A stretch of 64,000 nucleotides of DNA from contig OX597832.1 of the NCBI GenBank assembly GCA_951406725.2, positions 51,832,001-51,896,000 on the forward strand. The letters run 5' to 3'. Positions 12,579 through 26,769 of this stretch are shown one piece after another. Position 1 is the stretch's first letter. Each line of letters opens with the position of its first letter. The notes under the pieces were generated by a model. It was not told the origin of the DNA. It did not search any database and was given only the letters and a program-made list of their open reading frames with translations. The DNA comes from Octopus vulgaris (taxonomy: Eukaryota). The translations under genes and the position numbers were made by a program.

Positions 12579-13967
12579 TTCACACACTGGGCCACAGTAT
12601 GCATAAATGCATGCATGCATGTATGTATGTATGTATGTATGTATGTATGTATGTATGTATGTATGTATGTATGTATGTATGTATGTATGTATGTATGTAT
12701 GTATGCATGCATGTATGTATGCATGTATGTATGTATGTATGTATGTATGTATGTATGTATGTATGTATATATGTATGTATGAATGTATGTACCTGTATAT
12801 AGGTACCTGTGTATGCATGTATGTATGTACATGTGTATATGTGTATGTATGTACATGTATATGTATGTATGTATGTACATGTGTATGTATGTCTGTATGT
12901 ATGTATGTCTGTATGTATGTATGTATGTAGTAGGTAGGTAGGTAGGTAGGTACCAGAACCAGAGGCAGACCTTGTTTTGTGTAGATGGATGGAGTGAGGA
13001 AAGCTTTGGTGGTCAGAGGTGTTGGAGTGAGAGAGACAAGAGAGTTTACAAATGATAGGAAAGCTTGCCTCTTTGAGCTGGGAAATGAATGGAATACCTG
13101 GTGTGTGTCTTGTGGCTACCCACTCAAAATATGAGGAATAGGCTTGGGTATATATATTATTTAATCAGCAGACATTGCAAAGTCACTCAATTGCTGAGTG
13201 TTTCGTGTGAGTGTGAGTGTGAGTGCCAGTCTGGAAAACTCAATTTTGTCAAACCATCTGCACATTTGATTTGTTTATTGTGATCAACTGTATATGCTGT
13301 ACATTAGCTCATCCCTCCATCAAATTGACACTACCTGATCAGGTGCACGGTGTACTGCACATCAGTTGTTGAAGTAATCATAATAATAATAATGAAATTA
13401 TTGTATACAGTGCTCAAGTGCACCACAACTTGTCAGAAAGTGCATATAAAGACCATGCAGTAATGTAGAAATGTCTGGAAAGTGAACATGTCTGTGTGTG
13501 TATGGAGGGGAGAAAATCAAGTGTAGTGTTGGCGAATCTCAGGAAACATGGAAGTTTTGAAGGATGCAGTGCTCTGACAACTAACAACCGATGCCGGCAG
13601 TTTGTTCCACGCTTCAGCAACTCTCAGCGTGAACATGAGATGAAGTGTTTTGCTCAAGAACAGAATACACCTCATCCAGGCATTGAAACCAGAATTTTGC
13701 GATTTTGAGTTGCACCACTCTAGGCACTAGGCCATGCAATCATGCTTGGACACTACTTTGAAGAAGTCAGTCTGTAGCTGGTATGATGCATGTCTCTGGC
13801 CCTTGTACTATTACAAGTTCTTGGTTCTATGAGTTGTGTATAAAACAGTGGAAAGAAATACAAGAAAACAAGTTTTCAATGGAACGCAACACCTTATTTA
13901 TCTGCTAAATGAATTGTACAACAAATCACTTGGATACATTAAGATAACTATCTGTAGAAATTATATA

Positions 13968-14482
13968 TACTGTAAATCCTCGAGTATAGTCTGCCCTTGA
14001 GTATAATACGCAGGGGATTTTTAGGGGGCTGTGTCTCTGAAAAACCCAAACCTTGTGTATAATACGCACCCTTTTCTAACTTGAGTCAAGGAGGTCTATA
14101 TAACGTCCTTGGTTTGTAAAACTGTATAGGGTAACGTCCTTTATTATTATTGTATATAAAACATAATGCAAACGTGTAGCTTTTTTGTGCATTTTGTTTG
14201 CAGAAAATAAAGAAATCACAGTAATAACGTTTAATAAATGTTGCTTACTGCAAGTTATGGATGATTCTTTTATGACTTCATTGCTTTCAGGCTTAGCTTA
14301 AGGTATTTTTGCGCCCGACATCACAAAATGCATCTGAATAAACATTGCTGGACAGCAAATAGGGACTTGGACATTGCTTAGAAAATATTTTTCATTTTTA
14401 ACCTCGTATATAGTACGCACTAGGGATTTTGACCTTTAAATTTTGGGGGAAAAATGCGGATTATACTCGAGGATTTATGGTA
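13968..14482. mobile_element. TA-flanked MITE (pogo/Tc1-like); truncated copy at 49298-49562
   Basis: TIR TACTGTAAATCCTCGAGTATA / TATACTCGAGGATTTATGGTA. Confidence 0.8.
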
Positions 14483-15763
14483 GTTGGCTTCTCAATTCAA
14501 TCCAAAATTTGATTATATGTGCTTCGACAATAGGAACAAAATGACACGAGATTCTTCCAGAACGATTTTAACCTCACTGCCAAAAACAGGAAAATTTCTC
14601 TTGTTTAAAAATTAAATGAGGCTTACAGAGGCACTTCATTTTGCTGCACTGGTTGGTCTATCACAGAATACAATTGGATATAAAACTGTATACCGCATAA
14701 AACTAGCTAGACCGATCCAAGAAACAGACTCAGTCAAGTATTACATCATCATGTGTCCAGTTTAAATGACCAGTTGTTAGGAAGGAACATGCCGGATGAG
14801 CTGAATTCTGACTATTTAAACTTAAATACCGAAACATTTTATGGCAACAGTCTCACTACAAGTCTATAAAATCTGCCCAAATTCTTATTTTGAGTTTGAT
14901 GCTTATTATTCTGTCGGTTTCTGTTTTAGCGAATGACAAAGTTACTGGAATGTAAACAAACCATTGCAGTTCTCAAGCAGTGATAGGTAAATTCAAAGAC
15001 AAATACACAGAGACAAAATATGTGTGTGTGGAAGGGAGGAAGGAAGGAAGGAAGGAAGGAAAGTAAGGAGACAAGGAGAAAAAAAGAAAGGAAGGGAGGA
15101 AGAAAAGAAGAAAAGGAAGGAACAAAGGAAGGGGACAAAGAAGGATGAGAAGGAAGAAGGAAAGATGAGAAGGAGGACGGAAGGTAAGAAGGTATGCAGA
15201 CAAGCAGAAATGATTGGAAGAAAGCTGAGATTTGAGAGAGATTTGTTTGCTATTTCTAGCAATATGAGTGACTATGTTGAGGCTCTGTCATTGGCCCAAT
15301 GTATCATACATAGTTGTTTCCCCACTGCCACCACCTCCACCGCCACCACCTTGGTCTGTGTGTGGGTGTTTACAGATGAATTGTACATTGAGAAACAAAG
15401 AAGGCACAAAAGGCAGTGGAGGGTTGGAGCTGGTTCAAACTTCGTTTTTTTTCTTAATGGAAGGAAGAGCTTAATGGAAGGAAGAGGAAGACATGTTTAT
15501 TGTGTAACTGTGGAAGGAATAACGCAGATATGCAAACGAGGTGCAGCCATTGTGTATAGATGTGTGTCTGTGTGTGGTAATGGTGTTCAATGCCCATTGC
15601 ACAGCACTTTGGCAGGATTCTTGGAATCTTGGGGTTAACCACTACACCATATGCCTGTGGATGTATGGCATAGTGGTTAAGAGCACAGGCTACTAACCCC
15701 AAGATTCCAAGTTTGATTCCAGACAGTGACCTGAATAATAACAACAACAACAACAACAATAAA

Positions 15764-15796
<33 letters not shown>

Positions 15797-15799
<3 letters not shown>

Positions 15800-16007
15800 T
15801 ATTCAGACAAATACATAACAAAAACACCAGGACTTACAAACACATATAACATACAGAAAATTGCACTACTAGGCACTGCACACATCCTACGCAGAACACT
15901 TTCCATACAATAACCATCAGAGCATCACAACAAATCACAGCACATACCCAAGGCACACAGAGCTGCGCTCGGTAGTGAAGTGAAAGCACGCTATAAAAAT
16001 AAAACTA

Positions 16008-16048
<41 letters not shown>
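15797..16048 (+). mobile_element. R4/Dong-like 3' end in (TAA)n
   Basis: PGLTNTYNIQKIALLGTAHILRRTLSIQ*, then a 3' UTR and (AAT)n. Confidence 0.75.
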
Positions 16049-16096
16049 GGGTAGAAGTAGTAGTAGTAGCAGCAGCAGCAGCAGCAATAGTAGTAA

Positions 16097-16146
<50 letters not shown>

Positions 16147-16196
16147 ACATTGTAAAATACCTTAGGAATGAGAACCTAGGTTTGAAATTTCCCCAA

Positions 16197-16242
16197 GACA
16201 CCTGAAGAAGGTTGGAGGGTATATCAGCCGAAACGTTGTGTT
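16197..16242 (+). ncRNA. Penelope-type minimal hammerhead motif
   Basis: GACAC-CTGAAGA-a-GGTTG..CAGCC-GAAA-CGTT-GTGTT. Confidence 0.6.
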
Positions 16243-17076
16243 AACAACAAACAAGATGAGGACAAATATCTGCCAAATGTAAATAATGTAAATAATTCCT
16301 CATCTTCCAGATATAGTACTGTGGGAAATCATGTCTAGAGTGACAAAACTGATAATTTCTTAAAATATAATTATGATTTAAGTATAATAAATTATGATTC
16401 TGTATCAAAAAAAAAAATTGTTGTAGAAGTCGCTTGTATTTTTTCGGTTTTTACTTGTTTCAAATTTATTTTTCTTTCCCAGATTTGTTGTAAGTAGCTA
16501 AGCACACGGTTGTGTGCTTAGACATGGGCGTGGCATTTGTGGTTAAGAAGATTGCTTTGCAACCATATGGTTTCAAGATCAGTCCCACAGCACAATGCCT
16601 TGAGTAAGTATCTTCTACTAAAGCCACTGGTCAACCAATGCTTTGTGAGTGAATTTGGTTGACGGAGACTGTAAGGAAGACTGTCAAATACGTACATCTA
16701 TACATGCATGCATAGCCATGTGGTAAGAAATTCACTTCCCAACTTGGTTCCAGGTTCAGTCCCACTGCGTGGCACCTTGGGCAAGTGCTTTCTCCTCAGG
16801 CTGATCAAAGCCTTGTGAGTTGATTTAGTAGACAGAAAACAAAAGAAACTCATTGTATGTATATATATATATATATATATATATCAGACGCCATGATAGA
16901 TCGCTAGCCACTACACACATTTTTTTCTCTCCTTGTTTTTTCTGTGTACCTTTCTGTAGAAGAGCGTAGGCTCGAAACATAAAAGACTTTTTCTATTCCT
17001 GAGCGCTATACTAATACATCTGTTTGTTTTGTACACCACCTGTCTTTATCTTTTCTTTTTTTGTAAACTTTCCCTA

Positions 17077-17143
<67 letters not shown>

Positions 17144-19174
17144 AAACTATATATATGGCCTCCGTGCCGGTAGCACGTAAAAAGCACCATCCGACCGTGG
17201 CCGTTGCCAGCTTCATCTGGTCCCCGTGCTGGTGGCATGTAAAAAGCACCATCTGATCGTGGCCATTGCCAGCTTCGCCTAGCACCTGTGCTGGTGGCAC
17301 GTAAAAAGCATCCACTACACTCACAGAGTGGTTGGCATTAGGAAGGGCATCCAGTTGAACTGTCCAACCCATTCCAGCATGGAAAGCGGACGTTAATTGA
17401 TGATGATGATGATGATGATATATATAATATATGTACACCATATGGTATACACCTGGTAGTTTGGTGGCAAAGCACATTCACTAGCTTAGTGTTTGTTGGG
17501 TGTGTAATTATTGAGAGAGACAAAAGAAGGAAGATACAAGAATCTTTATCGATCACAACAATTATTTCAATCCATCAAGCATTGATCCTTCACAGGTGGG
17601 ATATACTAAACATCTAGTTTAGGCATATAGCTTGGTGTAGATGTGTTTCCTCAGGTGATTTGAAGAGGTATCTCATTAAAACTGTTTCACACAACTTATT
17701 TCTGGATGTTTCTTCTTAGTCTTCTTATACAGAAATAGCAAATTAAGGGACATATTTTCATTCTTATCTATGTTATGACTCTTCTGTAAGAATGAAGATG
17801 TATCCTTTTATTTTGCTATGTGGGTGATGACAGTACTGCCTGATTGGCACCCATGCCAGTGGAATGTTAAAAGCATGTATATGCGTGATCGTTGCCAGGG
17901 CCATGAATTGGTTCCCATGCTGGTTACATGTGAAAAGCACCATTCAAGCGTGAATGTTGCCAGTGTCACCTTACTGGCACGTGAAAAACAGCATTCAAGC
18001 ATGGTTGTTGCCAGTCCCACCGGACTGGCTCCCGTGCAGGTAGCTTATAAAAACACCTTTTGAGTGTGGTTGTTGCCAGAACTGCCTGACTGGTCCTCAT
18101 GCCGGTGGCATGTAAAAGCACCCTCTGCACTCTCAAAGTGGTTGGCATTGGGAAGGGCATCCAGCTGTAGGAACTTAGCCAGATCAGATTGGAACCTGGT
18201 GCAGCCTTCTGGCTCACCAGTCCTCCGTCAAACCGTCCAACCCATGCCAGCATGGGAAGCAGACATTAAACAATGATGATGATGACAGATCAACAAGAAA
18301 GCATCCAGAAATAAGTTGTGTGAAACAGTTTATCTTAACAAGATACCTCTTGAAATCAGCCGAGGAGATGCATTTACACTGAAGGATACACCTAAACCAG
18401 ATGTTTAGTATCTCACCTGTAAGAGTTTGAAGCTTGATGGGTTGAAACGATTGTAGTGATCAATAAAGATTCTCATATTTTCCATCTCTCTCATTAATTG
18501 TGTGTGTGTGTGTGTGTGTGTGTATATCTTTGAATCTTATTTCTTTACTGCCCATAAGGGGCTACACACAGAGGGAACAAACAAGGACAGACAAACGGAT
18601 TAAGTTTATTATATCAGCCCCAATGCATAACTGGTACTTATTTAATTGACCCTGAAAAGATGAAAGGCAAAGTCGACCTCGGCGGAATTTGAACTCAGAA
18701 CGTAGCAGTAGACGAAATACCTATTTCTTTACTACCCACAAGGGGCTACACACAGAGGGGACAAACAAGGACAGACAAACGGATTAAGTCAATTATATCA
18801 GCCCTAATGTGTAACTGGTACTTATTTAATTGACCCTAAAAAGATGAAAGGCAAAGTTGACCTCGGTGGAATTTGAACTCAGAACGTAGCGGCTGACGAA
18901 ATACCGCTAAGCATTTCATCCAGTGTGCTAATGTTTCTACCAGCTTGCCACCCTTTGTATCTTTGTATCTGTGATTGCCCCCACCACCACTTAACAACTG
19001 GGTTTGGTGTGTTTATCACTGACAACCAGTGTTGGTTTGTTCACATCCTTATAACTTAGCGGTTCAACAGAAGAGTAAGTACCAAACTTAAAAATCTAAG
19101 CACTGGGTTTGAATTGTCCGACTAAACCTTTTTAGGTGATGCTTCCTTCATTCATTCATACATACATACATACA

Positions 19175-19690
19175 TGATGGCCGTCCACTCGTGACTGAGG
19201 AAGACCATTGTCGACCTTCAGGAACATTGTGCGCTCTAGGACTAACCTATATTTTGCATTTGCGGCTCCATTGGTGGCAAATGAGCCCTGCTCTTGACAA
19301 GCATACACGACTGCAAACATTGCAGACCAAGCTTTCCCCATTCACTATACGAGCCGTGCGCTTTCGCGCAGCTCGCTTAAGTTCTTCATGCTAGATACAT
19401 GCTCTCTTAAAAGTGTCGATCCCCTCCTTAACCTGCTTCCTCCATCTGTGGCGATGACAGGCATTGTTCTCCCAGTCAGTGTCCTGCATATCACAGGCCT
19501 TTAATGAGGACTTGACACAGTCCTTAAATCGCAGCCTTGGTTTCTGTCGGAGTCTCCTTCCATTCACAAGTTCTCCATAGAGCATCTGCTTAGGAATCCT
19601 ATCCTTCATTCTAATAAGGTGTCCAGTCCAACGCAACCGGTGCTTGTGCACCATCGCCTCAATACTCAAGATATCAGCTGTCGTCAGCTC
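19175..19690 (-). mobile_element. RTE-clade LINE 3' fragment
   Basis: RLRWTGHLIRMKDRIPKQMLYGEL..RFKD motif, terminal CxxC zinc-finger-like segment, and (CATA)n at both ends. Confidence 0.85.
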
Positions 19691-20027
19691 ATACATACAT
19701 AGTTTGAAGATGACGTTTTTTGCTGTGTGTATAATGGAGTTAAAAAATTGGATGTGGCCATGATATCCTGTTGATCTGATGAGCTAGACTTCAATACCTG
19801 CATCGGTTTGTAAAATGTACAATAGTACTAAGACCCAGAACAAGGTTGTTGGATAATATCCATTGTCTCAGTTGGTTACATTTGGCAATCTGATCAGTAA
19901 GTGCAATGATGGTTGCTTCTGATAGGACCCTATGGAGAAAGTACCTGAGGAGTCTACCCTAAAAAACCTCTCAGGAATAGTGAGTGGAGAAGATGGATTG
20001 ATTGATGGGTGGAAAATGAAGGAATGC

Positions 20028-20820
20028 TGTATGTATGTATGTATGTATGTATGTATGTATGTATGTATGTATGTATGTGTGTATGTGTGTATGTATGTAT
20101 GTATGTATGTATGTATGTATGTGTGTATGTATGTGTGTATGTATGTATGTATGTATGTATGTATGTATGTATGTATGTGTGTGTGTATGTATGTATGTAT
20201 GTATGTATGTATGTGTGTATGTATGTGTGTATGTATGTATGTATGTATATGTATGTATATGAGCAGATTTGTGTTTTGTTTCATGAATGTATTCTCATGC
20301 ATATAGTTGCATGTCTAGACATGCTCATATATACCTTGATGATAAACTTATGCATGCATTCATGCATGTATATGTGTGTGTGTGCGTGTGTATGTATGTA
20401 TGTGTGTGTGTGTGTGTATGTATGTATGTGTGTGTATGTGTATGTATGTATGTATGTATGTATGTATGTATGTATGTGTGTATGTATGTATGTATGTATG
20501 TATGTATGTATGCATTATGTATGTATGTGTGTATGTATGTATGTGTGTGTGTGTGTATGTATGTATGTGTGTGTATGTGTATGTATGTATGTATGTATGT
20601 ATGTATGTGTGCATGTAAGCATGTATGTATGTATGTATGTATGTATGCATTATGTATGTATGTGTGTATGTATGTATGTGTGCATGTAAGCATGTATGTA
20701 TGTATGTATGTATTATGTATGTATGCATGTATGTATGTATGTATGTATGTATGCATGTAAGCATGTATGTATGTATGTATGTATGCATGTAAGCATGTAT
20801 GTATGTATGTAAGCATGCAT
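20028..20820. repeat. Compound (TATG)n/(TG)n microsatellite
   Basis: Direct reading. Similar arrays at 12610-12950 and 42411-42620. Confidence 0.95.
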
Positions 20821-23800
20821 TTATATGTATATAACAATCAGTCTATCAAGTGATCGAAGTCAGAGGTTTATCAGTTTCATTTTACTAAGCAAACGAGTTC
20901 ATCACATGTATCATTCACATGTATCATTCACATGTATCATTCACATGCATATCAGCATAATAAAGCAGCACGTATCCATTCATCACCAGCGAGATAGATA
21001 ATCAAAGAGGGAGGGAGGGAGGGAACGACAGTCAAACTGAGGGGGTAAAAAAAATTCTCGTTATGTGTGGGTGAATTGCCTATGGGGTTGATAAAATAAA
21101 GTACCAGTAAAATCCCGGGATCGATTTAACTCTTTTGTTAGCATATTTCTGTTGAATACTATGTTCTAGATTCACTTAACTGTGAAAGTAATAAGTATTT
21201 ATATATAATATATATAATGAAATTATTGTATACAGTGCTCAGGTGCACCACAACTTGTCAGAAAGTGCATATAAAGTACATGCAGTAGTGTAGAAATGTC
21301 TGGAAAGTGTACATGCTTGTGTGTGTATCAAGTGTAGTGTTGGCGAATCTCAGGAAGCATAGAAGCTTTGAAGGATGCAGTGCTCCGACAACTAACAACC
21401 GATGCCGGCAGTTTGTTCCACGCTTCAGCAACTCTAGTAAAATAACTCGCATTATTTGACTTGTGTAAGACGGGGAGCTACATAATCTTGTCCGTCTTTA
21501 CGTTCTGAGTTCAAATCCTGCTGAGGTCGACTTAGCCTTTCATCCTTTCGGGGTCGATAAAATAAGTACCAGTTGAGCACTGGGGTCGATGTAACCGACT
21601 TAGCCCCTCTTCCAGAATTGCTGGCCTTCTACCAAAATTTGAACTCAGTATTTTATGGAAGACTAAGGCGGCGAGCTGGCAGAACCATTAGCACACTGGG
21701 CAAGATGCTTAGCGGCATTTCGTCTGTCTTAATGTTCTGAGTTCAATTTCCACCGAGGTCGACTTCGTCTTTCATCCTTACAGGGTCAATAAAATAAGTA
21801 CCAGTTGAGCACTGGAGTTGATGTATTCAATTTACCCTCTCACCCAAAACTGCCGGCCTTGTACCAGTATTTCATGGTAGATTTTAATACAAAACAGGAT
21901 GTTGGTGTCACATAATCAAGGGTCTGATTCAGATGGATTAGTCTCTCCTGCAGAGATTCGGAGATGGTGGATGGGTCTGGCACTGTTTGTACAGCATCTC
22001 TTTCTGCAGCTTGTCTCCCTCATGGAACTGCGGTTGTGGGTGGAGTAAAGGCCAAGAATGAGCATCTAGCATCTGGAATGTCGTCAGGTACTCACCGACC
22101 TCTGGGGAAACGTTAGCACGCCGGGCGAAATGCGTAGCCGTATTTCGTCTGAGTTCAAATTCCGCCGAGGTTGACTTTGCCTTTCATCCTTTCGGGGTCG
22201 ATTAAGTAAGTACCAGTTATGCACTGGGGTCGATATAATCTCATCTACTGTCATTAAATTCGTTTTGGAACTGTACTCCTCTCCACCCTCACCTTTTTTA
22301 AGTAAAACTTTACAAAGTCGATTAAATAAAACTTTACAAAGTCTGTCCTTGTTTGTCCTCTCTGTGTTTAGCTCCTTGTGGGTAGTAAAGAAATAGGTAC
22401 TCACCGCCCTCTAACAGTTGGGCAACAGTATAGATGTATTTTTTAAAAATTAAAGTAATCTAGAAGAGTGACAATGTACTTGGAGAGACATTGGACATCG
22501 AGGAAAATGAACTAAACAGTTTCGGAAGATATTCGGATCAGTGATTATTGTGGAATAATTTCCAGAAGTTCTTGGCTAATCATTGCTACCATGCAGTGCT
22601 ACTGGTTTGAGAGAATCTCTGTAGATATGAGAGTGCCGTCAGATGGGCCAGCTGGAAATGTGAGCAGAGCAATGTAACCATTCAGCATGCATGGGTTCAG
22701 CATTCGGACATTACTTGCTTGTGGAGTTACACCAAACAGTGACTGAATCCATTGTGATGGCTGCTCCGATGCCCTCTTGCAACACACTAGAGCAGGGGTC
22801 TTGATCATGCCCCTTGGTGGCTGACGATATGTACATCTCTGATCACAAGCAGAAGAAATGGGGGAGCATCATAGCCGTGTGTTGAGAGGAATTCTTTGGG
22901 ATTTGAATAATTCACCTCTGGAAGCATTAGTGTTTCGTTCAACACCCTTAAACAATCCTTATTTAGGTACATTTTGAGTGGGAAGAATGACAAGAATGGG
23001 GAAGGGCATTTTTCATTCTTTTAGGTAACTATGCGAAAATGTGACTATAGCAAGGAAAAGAGTCCTTATCGACTTTGTAAAGTTTTACTTAAAAAAGGTG
23101 AGGGTGGGGAGGGGGTACAGTTCCGAAACGAATTTAATGACAGTAGATGAGAGAGGCAAAAATGACAAGAGTAGATGAGACCAGTCAGTTTAAACTTGTA
23201 AGTCGGAGAATGACAGTTGGATAAAATACTTGCCCTTGGTTTTCATTATGGTTCTTGTATCTGTTGGCATTCCTCAATCAGCCCTAGACGGAGGCTTTTA
23301 TGTATCAAGAGGACTGCGAAATTATCTTTCATTATTTGTATAACATGTATATGAGTGTGTGATACCCCTTTTTTGTTACCTTGCTGATTTCGTCTATGTA
23401 ACTACCTAATCTTTATGTATGTCTGACTATCCTCCCTGGTTATTATTATTATTATTATCTTTTTTTCTTTTTTCTTGTTCTTCTTTCTCTCTTCCCTCTT
23501 TTGTTTTATTATTATTGAATGAGAGTACAGGGCATGCCAAAGTGACGATGGGATAAAAATATGTGAAGCCCAATATACCCACCATGACTATCCATCCAAC
23601 AAAGATACACCAGGCACATGTACATGGTGATCTTATGTCAAGATAGACAGCGCATGACCTTGCAGGTGAGGCTCAGTTAGAAGTTTCTTCAGGTTGAGTA
23701 TTCCTTCCCACTCAAAATGTACCTAAATAAGGATTGTTTAAGGGTGTTGAACGAAACACTAATGCTTCCAGAGGTGAATTATTCAAATCCCAAAGAATTC

Positions 23801-24029
23801 CTCTCAATACATGGCTATGATGCTCCCCCATTACTTCTGCTTGTGATCAGAGATGTACGTATCGTCAGCCACCAAGGGACATGATCAAGACCCCTGCTCT
23901 AGTGTGTCGCAATTTCGACAAGGCAATACAAAAAGAAAAACATGTCTGGTCTCGTGACACACTTTTCTGAAAATCCACTTCTCCGAAAATCCTCTTCTCT
24001 GAAAATCCACTTCTCTGAAAATCCACTTC

Positions 24030-24300
24030 TCAGGTAGCAAGCACCCTACCTTGGTTGTATTTATGCCTTGAGAAGATTGTTTTGTCTATCTCAACAATTT
24101 TCCCAGGACCGCTTGTCTGAACTGGGTTGTGGAGCAGGTCATATGCACATATATTACGAACATAGCTGTTGTAATCAACAGCTGTAAAGTAGCTTGTCCC
24201 CAGTTCTTCAGTACAGACCCGGACTGAAGTCAATTCCTTGACCCATGAATAAAGGGGGCGGGCAGTACAATCCGAAGAGAAAGTGTGTCACCTTCTAACC
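24030..24300 (-). mobile_element. Merlin/IS1595-like DDE transposase relic
   Basis: GPGKIVEIDKTIFSRHKYNQGR resembles the Merlin GG.G.IVEIDES.F.KRKYNRGR motif. Confidence 0.7.
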
Positions 24301-25899
24301 ATGTATCTTTCCTGATAGACGCACACTCGTTGTATCCTTGTCTGGAGCACCACCAGTAAATATTCCCGCGAAGCATCTTCTTGTTGAAATAGTGTCTTTT
24401 TGTACATAATTTTGCTTTAGAGATAACACCCTTCTCTTGTAAGTAAGAAACTGCATCCTCCTTGGTTTTTTTATTTTTTCCATCATATTCGAAAGGTTAA
24501 ATGAGTTGGCTTCTGTTATACGCCTAATTAGGTTGAAAAGGTCCAAGAAAACACACGGTTCAGAATTATGGAAATGAAGTAGTGACAGGTCAGCAACCGA
24601 AAATATCAGTTCGTTTCTCAAGGAAAAAAATGAAAAAAAAAAGAAAAAAAAAAAACAGGCGGGAATGACAAAAACGAGGTCGTACAAACGCTTAAAAAAC
24701 AGGCATTTGTCAATGAAAACAGGCAGGTAAAGACAATACAAAAAGTTGGAGTTTTAAGCAGACTATACCTTGGCTTGTTACTATGGAAACTGAAATTAAT
24801 ATGTCTGTGACTTTCAATTAGCTGAAGTTCCCCAAAATTTACAAACTTTAAAAGCTGTTAACTTTTTATTTATTAATTTATTGCGAAAATGAATTTCCTT
24901 TCTATAATTAGCATACAAAATTACACTAGTACACCAAATTTTAAAACAATTGGAACCAAATTAAAAGAATTGAAAAACTGTCCGAAAAGATCTGAGGATT
25001 TCAGTGGTGTAATCATTTACACTTAGTTAATTATTTTATTAATTACCTGTTAAGCATTGGAATCCATTAAATCGACCCAAAATGAACAGCCTATCTCATT
25101 GCTAAAAGGCATAACTATAATATTCTTTCAAGCCATTGCCCTTGTGGCAGACAAACAAGCAATTTGTTGCATATGTAATTAAAAAAGGCGCAGGAGTGGT
25201 TGTGTGGTAAGTAGCATGTTTACCAACCACATGGTTCCGGGTTCATTCTCACTGCGTGGAACCTTGGGCAAGTGTCTTCTACTATAGCCTCAGGCTGACC
25301 AAAGCCTTGTGAGTGGATTTGGTAGACGGAAACTGAAAGTAGTCCGTCGTATATATGCATATATATGTGTATGTGTGTGTATATGTTTGTGTCTGTGTTT
25401 GTCTCCTCCTCCCCCAACAACCGATGGTAGTGTGTTTACGTCCCCGTAACTTAGCGGTTCGGCAAAAGAGACCGATAGAATAAGTACTAGGCTTCCAAAG
25501 AATAAGTCCTGGGGTCGATTTACTCGACGAGAAGGCGGTGCTCCAGCATGGCCGCAGTCAAATGACTGAAACAAGTAAAAGAGATAAAATGAAAATTTAA
25601 AATTTAACTTAGGTGCACTGACATGAAAGAAAACGCTTGAAGGGAGGCAACCATAAATACTGAGTTGTCTCCCTTGTCCTCTTTGGCAATGTTGTCGAGC
25701 TTACAGAATCCTTAAGCACGCCGAGCTTAGAGGCATTTCGTGTTCTGAGTTCAAATTCTGCCGAGGTCAGCTTTGTCTTTAATCCTCTCGAGATCAATAA
25801 AATAAGTACTAGTTGACCTCTGGGGGTCAATGTAATCGACTATACCCCTCCCCTGAAGTTACTGGTCTGGTGCGTAAATATGAAACCATTGTTATTATT

Positions 25900-26320
25900 G
25901 GATCTTTTCGGTTTGAACGGCAGTTTTTTAAAATAATTTCCACGTAACTAAACACTTTTAAACTTCGTATACTGGTAGGATGTGTTTATAAAGCATCTTT
26001 TTCTCTTGGCTTTATTGAGAAAATTCTATAGTTTTTAAGATATTTGTTATTTTTTTCTTCAATTTCTGCAATTTCAACCAATCAATGACGTCCATTGAGT
26101 TAAAAACATTCTGTGCCGTATGAATATGTCCCTCGTTTAAGAAACAGATTGGGTTTATTTACATTTGTGAAGAAAAAAAGGATATCCTTCCCCCACCTCT
26201 AACCCTAACCCTAACCCTAAAACAGATTGAAATGCAATAGATCGATACTAGGTTTATAATTATGGGTGACAATTTCATATGACACCGCTAGAAAAACTGC
26301 CGTTCAAACCGAAAAGATCC
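25900..26320. mobile_element. MITE with GGATC TIRs and 8-bp TSD TTATTATT (Merlin-like)
   Basis: TIR GGATCTTTTCGGTTTGAACGGCAGTTTTT; internal (TAACCC)n. Confidence 0.85.
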
Positions 26321-26769
26321 TTATTATTACTTTCAGGATCGATAAAATATGTACCATTTGAGTACTGAGGTTGATGTAGTCGATTTACCACCTGCACCGA
26401 AACTGCTGGCCTTGCGCCAAAATTTGAAATCATCATCATTATTGAGTGAGAGAGCTACACATGCCAAAGTGACACTGGTGTGCAGATATGCAAAGCCCAA
26501 TATACCCATCGTGATTACCTCCCTGATAAGGGTATACCTGGTTAAAGTCAAACAACGGTCAAGCAAATCTGTGGTATTGAGCTGAATACCTGCAGTGGCC
26601 CATCTTTTACACCAAAACAAAACATGTACATAACACTTTCAATCAGTTATGATCAGAGGCCACGAGAGCTAGTGCCTGGTGTCCCTTTATGTTTTAATTG
26701 ATTTTTGTTTGCCCTTGTGGCCAATAAACGAACGAATTATTATTACTATTATTATTACTGTTGTTTTTT

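Noticed and set aside
15024-15638. 204-aa ORF
   Set aside because: Purine-rich simple repeat plus unrelated sequence; no recognisable domain.
21880-22780. Possible - strand exon or gag-like relic around GGTGAGTACC
   Set aside because: Reading frames are interrupted by stops, and no recognisable homology was found.
26198-26222. Telomeric repeat
   Set aside because: Only about four units, inside a TIR element; not a chromosome end.
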